A DNA stretch of 55,946 nucleotides, the filler included, from Platydemus manokwari (lineage: Eukaryota): assembly GCA_037951405.1 (NCBI GenBank). It is 5 parts of 5 records of this genome, joined end to end, with 100 filler letters (N's around TTAATTAATTAA, not from the genome) between each part and the next. Parts side by side here need not be neighbours in the genome. Positions count along the whole stretch, not along the records: positions 20,551 to 34,391 come from JBBMOY011599186.1; positions 34,492 to 46,949 come from JBBMOY010130010.1; 3 more parts are not named here. The stretch is one strand, 5' to 3'. Positions 26,261 to 39,330 of the stretch are shown here, piece after piece; the first letter of the stretch is position 1; every line of letters starts with the position of its first letter. The notes under the pieces were generated by a model that was not told the DNA's origin, ran no database searches, and saw nothing but the letters and a program-made list of their open reading frames with translations. Made by a program: the position numbers and the translations under genes.

Positions 26261-29200
26261 CGAATTTCAAATTACCTACCCCTTAAACAATTGAACTTCG
26301 AAACTCAATTGTAATCACATAAAAATATTCTCGTGATTTATTGCAGTCTGATCAAATTATAAAAGTCACAAGCTATATATCACGGGACAGTTTTTTGTAA
26401 AAGTTCAGCTTAAATTTACAAAAAGCTAAGTCAAATTACAAAAAATTTTCAAATAATAATTCCAAGCCAAATTAAGCCGAATCGAAGATATTATTAAGAA
26501 AATTCCAAATATAAAAATAATGGTAAATTTCTTATTACAAAAATAATTTTTCTTTGATTTAAAATGTCCTGTACTCTTACCAGATCTATTTATTTCTTTA
26601 ACTCAACTTAAACCAATAGTTTCCAAAGGTACAAAGCAAATCTTTATTTTCAAATTAAAACTATTACTTGGCAATGTCCTTATATTGCTCACTATTTTGT
26701 CTTATTCTCTGGTTAGTTTTGTGACAGGAATATATTTTATTAATTTATAGCTAATTCAACAAAATGCACGAATTTTAATACTTGCACAGTGATTATTATT
26801 CTCAGTCGTACACTGCTACTATTGTCAACGATAACATTTATAAAATAACAATTTGAATTGAAAAAGTTATTGCCTAATGTTTCGAACTGGATTTATTTAT
26901 TAATTAAGTTGGGTGGTTATTGATTTTAATGTTTATACTACTCCTAGAAAGCTGCAGTAGCTCCTATCATGACGAAGCTGGCGGAAAATATGCTGAAAAT
27001 GTCTTAAGCTTAAGCTTGTTAATGTTGTTGATTGTTACAACAAGGATTTTGTTGGTCCCGTTATATTAATGACGATTTGTACTGAACGTATACGATAATT
27101 GATTAATAATTAATGTTACATAGAGATATGTTAAATTAATGACTCAACGATTGAATTTTTATTTAAGAAGAATAAAGAAAAGCTATCAGCAAAAGAACAA
27201 GGTAAAATTTTTTGCAAATTATGCAACGCACCACTCAAACAGTTTGTTGTGGAATATCCTCATGGAAGATATCGGAAGATACCAAATGGAAACAACTAAA
27301 AATTATGGTTAAATTAATTAAATTTAAATCGAACGATAGTGATTATGGTTACAAATCTTATTCACTCTTGAAAATAAACCTTCGGCAATTATCACTTCTG
27401 AGTTAATAGTTTAATGTGTGGTAGTCATTTCAAAATGGCATGCCTTTATGTGGTGCTTCTTTACTGGTGCTTATCTCGTGTACTGGCGTCATTTTATTTT
27501 AAGTTCATTATTTTTTCTATTGTATTTCTATGCATTTTCCGGAACAATGGTTGTTACTATTTTTATTCTTTCATAAAATATGTAACAGTTTTTTCTGATT
27601 AATTCTTCCCATTCATTTTTCGAATCTGATAGGCTTCATTTTGCTACTATTTTATTTTATTTTATTATTTAATTTTTCTGTCGAGGCCCTTTTTAATGAT
27701 TGATTTTTCTTTAATATTTGTACAATTATTATTATGATTATTATTATTTAGTGATTATATTCTTATGTTCACTAGCGTTACTTGTTTAATTTTAAGTAGT
27801 GATTTATTATTTCAAGTATTTATTTAAATTTGTTGCTTCTCATTAATATCTTTACCGATTTACAATCTAAAAGAATTCCAAACACAAAGATAATTATTCG
27901 AATCACAAAATACAAATATTTAACGCAAGATCAAAATATAGAGACACAAATTCAATGACAAAAATAAAGATGAAAGAAACATTAATTCAAGAATTGATTA
28001 AGAATAAAATACACAAATTCAAAATAGTTCAATAGTTGCTTAAAAGTTTTTAGGGTGACTTGCTTGAATTGGATTGAAGTTTTGCGGAGATATGTAGAAT
28101 TTGGGTGAGATTTGAAGACAGATGTAAGAATTTAGTTGGATGGGTTTGGTTTTCAGATTTAGTTAGGTGCTATCATCAACATATTTAAATTACATTTTTT
28201 TCGAAATAAGTATCATTTTCTGATTTTTAGTATTGCCTGTATCGACTTGACTGAAGTTATGATATGAATTGAATTACTGCAAAGATTGAAATTATATATT
28301 ATTTTTCCTAGTTACATCAACTGTCATTTAGATTTCCAAGTAAATGTTTATTTTAGAAAATATAAATACTTGAAGTTGGCTATTCATTTTACTCGTTATT
28401 GAAGTTTTTAAATAATGCATATTTGATCTTACTTCTAATAAAACTCAAGAATTTTGGAAAATAATAATTTAAATTAATTTAGCATATTACATTATTATGA
28501 CTCGATGGATTGCCTTTCATTTTAATTATCATTTCACATTTGATCTTCCTATTTAATGCTTTGACGTTATTATTAAGGTTGGGCAGGTCACACAATCAGC
28601 CAAAATAATTACAGAAACCAGAAAAATAATCCTAAAAAGAGTTGATACGCACAGATCCGATAAACACACGTGGCATCAGTCAATCAGATTCTTTCTACTA
28701 TTAATCCATATTTAGAAGTTAAAAACCGACAGGCATATACTTACAATTGGCATTAAAATAAAATATCTGCCAATAGCATAAAAGATACGAGGAAAACTTC
28801 AAGCAAACCGATATACGAATGAATTCAGTAAATGAAAAGCGAAGATCCGTGACATCAAGCAGACACTCAATAGATCTTCAAAAGAGGCTGAGTTCCATGA
28901 GTAACTGCCGGTCTTGTTTGGTCGGTAACCTGTGTTTTATTCTTTACTTTTACATTATTTTCAACACCAGTCTTTTTGGTTATTTTTTATTCTGTCTTTG
29001 ACTTTCGGGTACTTGTCCAATCTTGTGTGATGGTCTATGGTTTAGTTGAATAAAAGTTTAACTGTATTTGTTCATAATGGAGCTTGCGATATTGTAGTTT
29101 AATATAATTTTCAGTTTTATTTGTTAATTATTACCCAACAATAGTATTGAGTAGTCTTCATAATACTATTCACCTTTTCATATATTTATCCACACTCTAC

Positions 29201-29640
29201 TAATTGACTGTTAATAATCATATATCTTTTAGGTAACTCTATTTACCTTAAACATTTATCGATAATAAATGATGTTTACTGCTTAATTTGTTGTTCGAAA
29301 ATGTCTTGTCCTTATGCCATACGTGTGATATCTAATTTAGTAACTCACCAATATAATTTGTTTATTAATATTGAAATGGTAGTTAATATTGAACACGTGA
29401 TTTAAAATGGTATCACTTAAGGGATTTATGTCTATTGATTTTAATTTTCTTGTTTGGAGAACTGGGTGATTGAATATGATTACACGATTTTAGAAATAAT
29501 TAAACTAAACCTAATCGACTTTATTTCCAAACATACAAGCTACTGACAACATTAAGTAATATCAAATCGCAGCACAACACAATAATAAAAACAAAAATTG
29601 AAATTATACAATCTTTTTAACATAACAATAAAATACCAAT

Positions 29641-30486
29641 CTACAAAACATTATTTAAAGCATTTCTTTCCCGGGAAGCTTTCAATCTCTCTAAAGCTCG
29701 CTTTCTATTCTCTTCAATTCGTGATAATTGTTCTTCGGAAATTTCTGACGAATAAACATGGTTCGTCGTTTGTGTATTTTGTAATTCAACCGATATATCT
29801 GTAGAGTCATCTAACTGATATTCCATGAAAGATTCAGATTGTTCAACATCATCAAAATCATTCATATCCATTTCCATATTTCCAAATGATTCATTATCGA
29901 ATCTATCATTCGGAATATTTTCATTATCACTAGCTTGATCAGTAACGTATTCACTGGTTAAACCATCAAGCCCTAACCCATTACGATAACGTTTAATTGT
30001 ATCTTTCACAATTTTCTTGTGTCCCAGATCTTCAATTTTCTCAATACAATCATCGAAATTCATTATACTAATCATTTGTTGTGACCATACTTTGTAAATA
30101 TCGATCAACTTTGTAATATCTGTAGCCTAACATTATTACTTAAAAATTGCTCATATATGTTTTACATGTATGTACCTCATGACCTTTACCTTTGAATACA
30201 AAATTTTTTAGTTGTTTATCCAATTCGACTAATCCCATTTTCCCAAGCAATCTAATGACATTTAATAAGTGAATTTTTTTCTTAGTTTTACCTGTCGGTA
30301 TCCAATTTCATTCTAGGCTTTTGTTTCCTTCGTGCTGCCGATACAGATTCAAGAACTTTTATTGCATCTTTATCAACTTCATGGCACATAAATTAGACAA
30401 AATAGCTTATTAAAATTACTTTCATCACCTTTGGGCTCAATGTCCTGTTTTAAGATGTCCAATACACTAACATCAAAAACATCCAT
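29641..30486 (-). CDS. TIPIN: TIPIN / Swi3 / Csm3 replication fork protection protein, 4 exons
   Basis: Spliced core KPRMKLDTDRLLGKMGL...FKGKGHEATDITKLIDIYKVWSQQM...FDDCIEKIEDLGHKK is a Swi3 domain. C-terminal ISEEQLSRIEENRKRALER is the RPA-binding motif. Three short GT-AG introns. Confidence 0.93.
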
Positions 30487-30527
30487 GCTTGTGATAAAAT
30501 TAAATTAAAAAAATAATTTAAACAATA

Positions 30528-30645
30528 TTTAAATTTCTTAACAATTTTTATTAATATTTTAAAACAAAAATTACTGAAAATTTATTAATTTTAAATTTCT
30601 TAACAATTTTTAATAATATTTTAAAACAAAATTTACTGAAAATTT
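30528..30645. repeat. Two-copy ~61-bp tandem duplication upstream of TIPIN
   Basis: TTTAAATTTCTTAACAATTTTTA.TAATATTTTAAAACAAAA.TTACTGAAAATTT occurs twice. Confidence 0.85.
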
Positions 30646-31499
30646 GTTCATTTTTTTTTATTTGTTTTCAATAATCAAGCCTATTGTTTATAATATTTTA
30701 TTTATCATATACTAATTTTGTTAGTAATAACGAATGTGTTATGAAATTCCAACAAATATTAACATTCACTCATAATTCTAAAGTGAAAAAGTTAAATCGT
30801 CTTAAAATCAGAAAGTATCTCTATCTGCTATAGCCTTTACTGTTGCAATTTTAGGAACCAGTAATATTTAGTAACTGAATAACATTCAAGGAAAAATATT
30901 CATTCACTTTCCAAGCTTCGAATTCAATGCTTAAACATTTATACTTTCGGATACTTTAAATATCATAGTGACTTATTTAATTTTATTTGTTCTTTTTGAA
31001 ATTTTAATAATTAAAAAATTAATAAGTAATAGTAAATTATAAAAACATAAAATATAATATCATAAATCTCAATGGCATTTTACAATATTTTATGGGAATA
31101 CAAGCGAGCATTCGCTAACCAAGGATGTATTGCATATTTGATAAATAGGTTTTTCTTGTTTTCTTTTTTAATTTTCATAACTAATAAACAAAATAAGCCC
31201 GAGAATGTAATAATACAAAATTAATCAACGAAAAAAAGAGAGAAAACAAATTAGAATAAATACTACAAGATATAATTGAGTGAAAACTAACCATTAAAAG
31301 TAAAAAATAAATGAAAAGGTGACTTATAATATAATGAATCTAATCCTAAAATATTATAAATAAAATTTTATGACATAATTAATTGGAATTTCAAATATCA
31401 ATAATTAAAAAAGGATAATTATATATATATATATATGATTTATTTTCTTCAATTTTAGATTTAATTCACCTTTGAATATAAACAATAATTTCATAAGAA

Positions 31500-33384
31500 A
31501 AAGGTGATGATGGCAAGAATGATTCTACAACTTCATTGAAAAAGCTAAAGGTTCATCGGTTGTATAGTGATGATTACTTGAAATTTGGGTTTTCACTGGA
31601 CTGGAGATACACAGATTTCTTCTCCATTGTATGTTGTGTGTGGCCAAACGCTGTCTAATGAAGCAGTGGTTCCAAGTAAGATAAAAATGCATCTCACTAC
31701 AAATCTTCAAAATAAAAATGCCATTTATTTCCAACGGTTGTAAGAATCGAATGCAGGGCAAAGTCTACTATTTAAAAAACAGTAATCATGCCCGAAAAAG
31801 TTCAATGGGCTTCATATGAGGTGGAGGAAATGATTACTCTTAAATCGAAGTCTCATGTTCTTGCAGAATCAGTGATCCTTCCAACCATGCAGAAGAGTGG
31901 TGAAAATTTTGCTTGGTGACAAAGCCAAACAAGAAATTAGCAAGATCCCTCTTTCAAACAATAAATTCAAAGATGGATTCTTGCATTATCTGATAATATT
32001 GAGAAAAGTGTACTATCTAAATATCAAAATAGTCTCTTTGGTCTCTAAATCGATGAATCCACTGACATCAGTAACTATGCACAGTTAATTGCATTTATAC
32101 ATGTCATCGATGAAGATGCCATAATTAATCAATTTCTATGCTGCAAACAGTTATCCACAATTACAAAAGGTCAAGATACTTTTGATATAATCACAATATG
32201 CCTAGAAAAATATGGCTTATCCTAGAATGTATGTGTGGGAATATATACCTATTGACCACCATCAATGGTTGGTTCTGTTAAAGGTTTAGCATATTTAGTG
32301 GAAAAACAGAATGCTAACATCGTGTAAACTCATTGCTTTTTACACAAAAAAGTTTTAGTTTCAAAGATAACACAAAATGAACCAAAGGAAACGTTGAGTC
32401 AAGTGACTGAAATGACAAATTTCATAAAAAGTCGGCCGTTAAAGACGAGAATTTTTGAGTCCGCTTAAAAGGACATGGATTTTCATTGTGTCACACAGAC
32501 ATAAGATGGTTATCGAAAGGAAAGATGCTACCTCGTGTAATTGAGCTTCAGAAAGAACTTTTTATTTTTTGAAAATGAAAAGCTTGATATATTTTGTAAA
32601 TTCTTTAAAAATGCATTGTGAAGTATTTGGACATCTCAATAGTCTGAATAGCAATATGCAAGGTCGAAATGAAAATATTCTTACGCTAACAAATAAATTA
32701 GTTACTTTTAAGAAAAAAATTACAATATGGAAGAAAAGAATAATGGTAAACGATTTGTATACGTTTCCATCTGTTAGCAAAGGCAGGGATACAAAGATCA
32801 TTCTCATTATTAATGAGCATTTGACAATTTTAGAAAATAAAATTGAAGAATATTTCCCCTCAATCAGCATTAAGAAATTTATATGAAGAGGAAGAACTAG
32901 CGAGTCTTTCCAGTGATTGGAGACTCAAATTAAAGTGCTTGCAACTGCCATTAGACGCCTTTTGGATTTCTGTTATGGAAGAGTAACCAACTCTTAGTAA
33001 AAAAACCATCAAAGTCTTACTACAATTCTCCATTTCGTACCCATGTGAACTGGGATTTTCTTACATAAACAAACTTAAAAACATTGAAGAAGAGTTAAGA
33101 GTATGTCTCTCTCACATTCACCCACAAATTGCAAACAGTAGTAAAGAAGCACCAGGCACAACTATCCCACTAAAATTTACCATTATTCTATTCCTGATAT
33201 TGAATGCAGGACATGTTGATTTATGTGAATAGAAATTCTCCTTATATGATGTTCTTTGTTTTATATTATTTCATTGCGAAAAGTTTTTATGAGTAGAAAA
33301 TATTTATTTTTTGTGATACGTGTGCTGTTAAAATTTAAAGAGCTCAATAGTGTGTTGCTATGCAAAAAAGATTGGGAACCACTG
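31500..33384 (+). mobile_element. hAT Buster/Charlie-type (ZBED5/ZBED8-like) transposon, degenerate transposase with right TIR
   Basis: YLKFGF, CMLCGQTLSNEAVVPSK, IPLSN, DESTDIS..AQL, THCFLH, RWLSKGK.L.RV, F.HLN.LN..MQG and Y.CELGFS motifs. Right TIR TTGGGAACCACTG ends at 33384 and is followed by CTATAATC (nnnTAnnn, Buster-type target). Left TIR not found. Confidence 0.92.
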
Positions 33385-33629
33385 CTATAATCATTTTTCA
33401 TACCCCGAGAGTAGTGATATAATGGATAAACAAATGCAATACCCAAACCCAAGAAATTATCACTTTTTAAAAATCTCAATTTTTGAATCCCTGTGTACCC
33501 ACACAGACCCTCAACATGCACATTTTGCAATTTATCATTTTTATCAATTTATCAATCTATAAATTAAGCATTTGTTTATCCATTATATCACTACTAAGAA
33601 TTAAATCTAATTAAAAACAAAGTTTAAAA

Positions 33630-34140
33630 ATGAATGAAAGCAAAACTGTATTTTACTGTGAAAGAGGTAATAGATATTTTAAAACAAGAACAGCAATGAT
33701 AGCTCATGGAAAATCTAAGGATCATAAAGCATTATATAGTGCTTCTATTAATAACAAAGAAATAATTTTACACGATAATACAAGTGATATTATTAAATTT
33801 GTTAAATTCATTTAACATTCTCCAGAAAATATAAATATAATTTCATATATTTCAGAATCAAGTGATAATATTTTAAAATACATGAATGAGGAGGAACGTA
33901 TTAACTTTCGAATAGTAATTTAAATTATATTGAAAAATCTTAATGATGTTCGAAAAGATTATATAATTACAAAAGAAATATATTCAAATAAAATATCAAA
34001 AGTTGAAGGGAATAAAATGACTGAAAACCATTTATTAAATGCTATAAATGATTTTCCACAAAAGTTAGAAGATTTACTAAAGCTTAATGACAAATAGAAT
34101 TTACTAGAATTTAAAAATTTATATGTAGATGTCCTTATTT
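33630..34140 (+). pseudogene. Polinton polB 5' fragment with N-terminal C2H2-type zinc finger
   Basis: MNESKTVFYCERGN...IAHGKSKDHK is clearly similar at the nucleotide level (AAAACTGTATTTTACTGTGAAA) to the start of the polB ORF at ~50278 on the minus strand. Confidence 0.6.
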
Positions 34141-34391
34141 AATTTCCCCATCAAATGCCCTTTAATTTGATATACAACTTATTAAAATCGGTTCAGTTGA
34201 TCAAAAGTTATAAATTTAATTTAATTCAGGCTCGAAACCCCTTCAAAACCCTTCTAAATATGTGCTAAATTCATACCCACCTAAAAAATAGCATAACACA
34301 CAATCATGTGAACGATTTTCAAAACATACAAATTGTTATCGATAGAACTTGAAATTAGCGAGACACTGAGTATGTATGTGGAAAATTTCCC

Positions 34392-34491
34392 NNNNNNNNN
34401 NNNNNNNNNNNNNNNNNNNNNNNNNNNNNNNNNNNTTAATTAATTAANNNNNNNNNNNNNNNNNNNNNNNNNNNNNNNNNNNNNNNNNNNN
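34392..34491. other. Assembly spacer
   Basis: N run with TTAATTAATTAA linker. Confidence 0.98.
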
Positions 34492-35442
34492 TATTATAAT
34501 AATAATAATTATTATTATTATTATTACTATTACTGTTACTATTATTCCGTGCTGGTTTTTGCCAATAATATATTTTTTACAAAATATGTTTGACTATTTA
34601 TTAGAGATTCTTTTTAGAAGTCTTTCCTTTTTTTCGTTAAGTCTTTTTTGTGTGAGCGAATTTTCTGATTTTCCCACTCCCCATGTAGTGTTTTTTATGA
34701 CATATTATAAATAATTATTTTTGTTCATTATTTTATTTTTCTTTATTTAATTTTAAAATTATTTTACAAATCCGCTTACAATAACAATTTTAAATAACAA
34801 TTTTACCCTAAAATACGCCTACATGTTAATTAATTATTTTTCGTCCACATTTATAATTTATATTTATTAGTTTCACTATTATTTGGTCTTTTTTAATAAT
34901 TTTTATTATAAATTTCTCCATTATTTTCAAGAATACAATAATTTTATTCATCAATATAAAAATATAATTTTACCGCATTAATAAATTTTCTAATTTTAAA
35001 TAATAATTTTATACATTAATTTTATGCATTTTCAAAAATAAAATTATCAGAATTATACACAAATAAATCATAGTCATATTATCAACAGTCAAAATGAGAT
35101 CAAAAAAAGTGATATCAAAATAGGATCACAAAATTACATCTTCTATGTCGACTTTCAACTTGGATTGAATTTTTTGCAGACTTTAATAGGCAGATTGAGA
35201 TTTAGACTGAGGTCTTATCTATAGGTAGTCTGAAGAGTGGGATTGAGAAGATGATCCCACTGAAGATATTTGGAACTATTGAGATGTTATTGTTGATCCA
35301 GATCGGGTAATGATTTAAATGCGTTCTCACATTTGGGTTTATATTGACTATGCTCGGACTTCGCATTTCTTTTCTCATTTTATCACTTAGTCTATGTTCC
35401 AGTTGTCACAAATACTTTTGGTAAATTCGGTAGTAGTGCCGA

Positions 35443-37000
35443 TTACCAATGTCTTTTATTTGATATTTTTCCACTTTCATATATTTGATTTTTAGTACAA
35501 TGCTTTGGGTTGTATGCGGTGATTCGATAGTGGGTATTTGCGTGCACAATTGTGACATTACAATCTAATACGATTACGTTGAGGCTGTCGTTTGATTCAT
35601 CAAGATTTTCCAGGATTTCATCGATCGACCTAAATTTTATATAGTTTTGGCCGTTCTGTATTATCTTACCATATGGTCTCCAAATATTTGTAGACACCCA
35701 TAACCCTTGTAGTGTTCTTCATCTACGGGTCTTTTGATATTGTACAAAAGCCTTACTTAAAGTGTATTGGCCTGGTTTGAATCTTTACATTTTTCAATTT
35801 AGATTTTATATATATCCCATATTCTGATATTCCTGCCCTTACAGTTAAACTAATCCCTGTACTTTTCCTTGAGACACATACTGCGCATTTTGTACATCAA
35901 TTTTGTACGTCTTCGTTGATAATTGGGTAATCGTATTTTTGTTGTATTCTGGCTAAAGCTTTCTTTCTTAATAGATGCCATCCAATCATTCCATCATGGT
36001 ATTGTAATAATATTTGTTCTATGTATTTTTTAGGCACCATTACCTCTTCATCATTTCTTTTTCGTACCAGCATCAAATCACTTTCTATTTTATGATTCAT
36101 TAGTATCTTTTGTTCTAGATTTAGTGTTCTACCTATGATATGTGTCAGTTGGACTTTGTTTAGATTATTTCAATATAATTTTTTATATGCATTGTAGTTC
36201 AATATTTGTTTTTTGGTACTTTATTAAATTTAATATGTCTTGTATTGCTGTACACATTCAGAATTATTTGTGTTTGTTGATCTATTTGCGACTGTTTGTT
36301 TTGTGAATAAGGTATTCTGGGTAATGCATCGGCATTTTTATTTGCCTTTACTGCTTAGAAAATGATTTTCACGTTATAATCTTGCATTTGTAATTTCCAT
36401 CTTAAAAGTCGACTTGATTTGGTTTGTGTATTTAATGACACGACCTTTGTCTTCTTCATCTTGTTGACCCAACACTGCTCCTAATGGACCTTCACAGGTG
36501 TCAGACATTACTTTTCGTTTGAGCGATTCTTGTTTTTTCTCTATAATATTGATTTGAATGACTATGTGTTTCACAACAATAAGTATGATGATGATGGATT
36601 TCCCATGTTTTTGTTTCCCTGTTGCTACCAATTATTTATTCAACTTTTTATAACCTTTTAACATGAATATACACACATAGTACATTCCTAGAAAAATGTA
36701 TAAACGTTCACATGGCTTTGAATTGTCCCCATATATTTTGTAACATGTTCATTGGCGCCATTTTATAATAATCTGGACTAAAAAGTGCTTCATAGACATA
36801 ATCCTTGCCACAGCCACTTCCTTCTAAATGTTTGTACTATTACTAAGATCACTTTTTCTTTTTGGATACGGTATAACAAATGGTTATTCGATATCTTTAG
36901 TTGAATATATTCCATTGGTTTCCTAATTATTTGAAATTTCCCATACGAAATTCTAACCAATTTACTCCTCTCTTTAATTCTAGCTTTTATGAAATTGCAA
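35443..37000 (-). pseudogene. pol remnants: RT ends, RNase H, integrase H2C2
   Basis: YRIQKEK (RT N-terminus), FLGM.Y (RT C-terminus), SDTCEGPLGAVLGQQD...RVIKY, NKNADAL.R, VPKKY..QILLQYHD..IGWHL...CTKCAVC. Confidence 0.8.
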
Positions 37001-37409
37001 CCATTTTTAAACCTGATATGGTTCATTGATCTTTAGGTATTTCGAACATTGGTTTTAGTGCATTTGAGAATTTATCCAATTATTTTGGTTTACTTTTTCC
37101 ATCCGTTAATATTCATAATACTATCATCATATATGCTTATGTCCTTGGTGTATGACTGCCAATTCATTTGTACATCGGATAATATCCATCCTGTGCTGTT
37201 GCCAAGACCGAACTCATCTGAATCTCATCATCTATCTGTAGTGGTTCAAACATTAATGTTTTGTTTGTGGCTTCCACCGGATTCATCAACACGCTTTTGC
37301 ATCTTGCTGGTAACCGAACTATATCTTGTATTCTTAGTTTATCATCATTATGAGGTTGTATCTGTTTGTATGATATATGTAACATTGTCTGATCCAAAAC
37401 TACTCCTTT

Positions 37410-38135
37410 TCATTGTCCCAACAAGTCCATTCCTATCAGTATGTCGTTTAATCCTTCTGTTAACACCTTAAATTCATGATCTATCTGGATGTATCCGAAC
37501 ATTATATTTATCATCACTTTCGAAGCTGTCTCAACCTTTTTCCTTCCTGCTCCTACGAGGACATCTTTATCTTTGCTTATCTTTGCCTGTTCATATTCAT
37601 TGAGTAATTCCTTTCTAATCATTGAAGTCTCTGATCCTGTATCCATTAATGCTCTTGCTGGCCTATTGTTCATTAATTCCGTTACTATGGGTCTATGTCC
37701 TTTACCTGTTGCTGAATGTATGGCGTACACTTGTTTCACTTTTCTGATTAATGGGTCTCTTATTTCAGTCATCATCTGTTTTTCTATTGCATATGGGTAA
37801 TACTCATTCATGTTTCTATATCCTGGTATCGGTTGTTCAAATAACTTCTCTTTTCTTCCTTTGTATTTTACATCCCAGTCACCATATCCCGACGGATAAT
37901 TAGAAGGCATTTCTTGTTTCATCATATGATTATATAACCCTTGATTCATAATTTGTTGATCATACATCCCTCTTTTTATTGGATTATATATTTCTAATTC
38001 GTTCATCGGCCACATTCCTCCTCCTCTGGCCTGTTTGCTATCTGCCTTTATTTGCTCCAACTCATTCTTATGATGCGTCAACATTATATGCTTAGCTATT
38101 GGTGGGCATATGCAACATAGTATTGTAATTTTCAC
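37410..38135 (-). pseudogene. Envelope tail/linker fused to retropepsin aspartic protease
   Basis: One 241-aa ORF from ITILCCICPP through RPIV...ARALMDTGSETSMI to DILIGMDLL. Confidence 0.85.
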
Positions 38136-39330
38136 TAAAGATGATTCTTATTACTGTTGCAAAAATACTCGCTTATTGCTGTATATGATTGGCATCTCGT
38201 TGGTGTAGTATTCATGTTTTCTGACCAATAGATTGTTTACCATTTTGCACTGGAAGGTATGAATGACATCTCCCACTACTCTAGCAAATGTACCTGTATC
38301 GTCAAATATTAATGGGGTAATCAATTCTGGATTTGTTACTGCCAGCGCCATCTTTGTCTGTAACATCTTACGCCTTAGCTTACAATCGTTGAACATCATT
38401 TCCATGTACATTTTCTATAGGTACCCCTGATTGAGATTGTAAAAGTAATCAAGCTTGTTGTTTAAATACTGGGATAACTTGATATTCAGTTTGTCTACTG
38501 TTGTTTTAGCATCTTTTATTTCATTCTTACTCAGATATATGCCTTTATAGTTTGTAACTATAACTTGCTGTGCACATTTCTTATGTATTTCCTTGTGAAA
38601 GAACCTCATAGCACTATTCGTCTAATTTGCCATATGTACTATTGGTGTTTCTTTCATCCTGATTTCTACTGTTTCTGATGGTGTGTCCAGATTTAATTCC
38701 TTGGAAAATTTAGTTTATTTAATTATTTTCCTTTTAAATTCTGTCTTTTTTTCAATGTGCATTTGTAAGGATTACTCTGGTACATTATCAACGATTCTCC
38801 TGGATCATATGTTGAGTTGTCATATATGCCCATGTAGTAATTTTCTTTGTTTTGCGTCAAATTTAGCTTGATATTCTCGCAATTCTATAATATAGTGTCT
38901 ATATGCCACCACGTGTTTTACTATCTTTCCGTTTATCATGTAATCTCCTCCTTCGCAATATCCCCTATGACTAGACCATCCTGCTTGATTTACCGTGTAT
39001 CGGTTTATTCGTCCTGGTGACACCACTACTTGTATTTCTTTTGGTATTTGATAAATTCCCTTCTCAAAAGCAGCTTTACAACTTTCCACTTACAGAATTT
39101 TTGGTACTGGCAGCAATCCTCCCCTCTTATATGAACAATGGAAAAGTATTTCTTGGTATCCAATTTGACAACTCAGATTCTTGATATAAATACATTTCTT
39201 TTGGCCCGGACAGTGTGATATTTACTGGGTAGGCCTCTGGTCATTGTTCATTGTCTAATAAAGAATATTTCTTTCCCCATCGTGGTTTGATACAATCATT
39301 TCCACTAATTCCAGCGTTTGCTTATTATTT
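38100..39330 (-). pseudogene. Chuvirus-like (class III, gB-related) envelope glycoprotein ectodomain, degenerate and internally deleted
   Basis: Ordered motifs NDC...YSLLD..., C......FHC, C..AF..G, AGWSSHRGYCEGGDY......VV...Y.IEL, KC....TNY..IYL, YLNNKLDY, DC.LRR..L...MALA...P.......GTFARVVGDVIHTFQC, NEMPI match the chuvirus/Anakin glycoprotein pattern as recalled. Confidence 0.75.

Noticed and set aside
27170-27300. KIFCKLC, BED-finger-like fragment
   Set aside because: Second half of the finger is absent
30740-31140. Possible small divergent gene opposite TIPIN (hydrophobic KVSLSAIAFTVAILGT)
   Set aside because: No consistent exon model could be built
31663-31676. CAGTGGTTCCAA as the left TIR of the hAT element
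   Set aside because: Lies inside the transposase coding motif EAVVPSK, so coincidental
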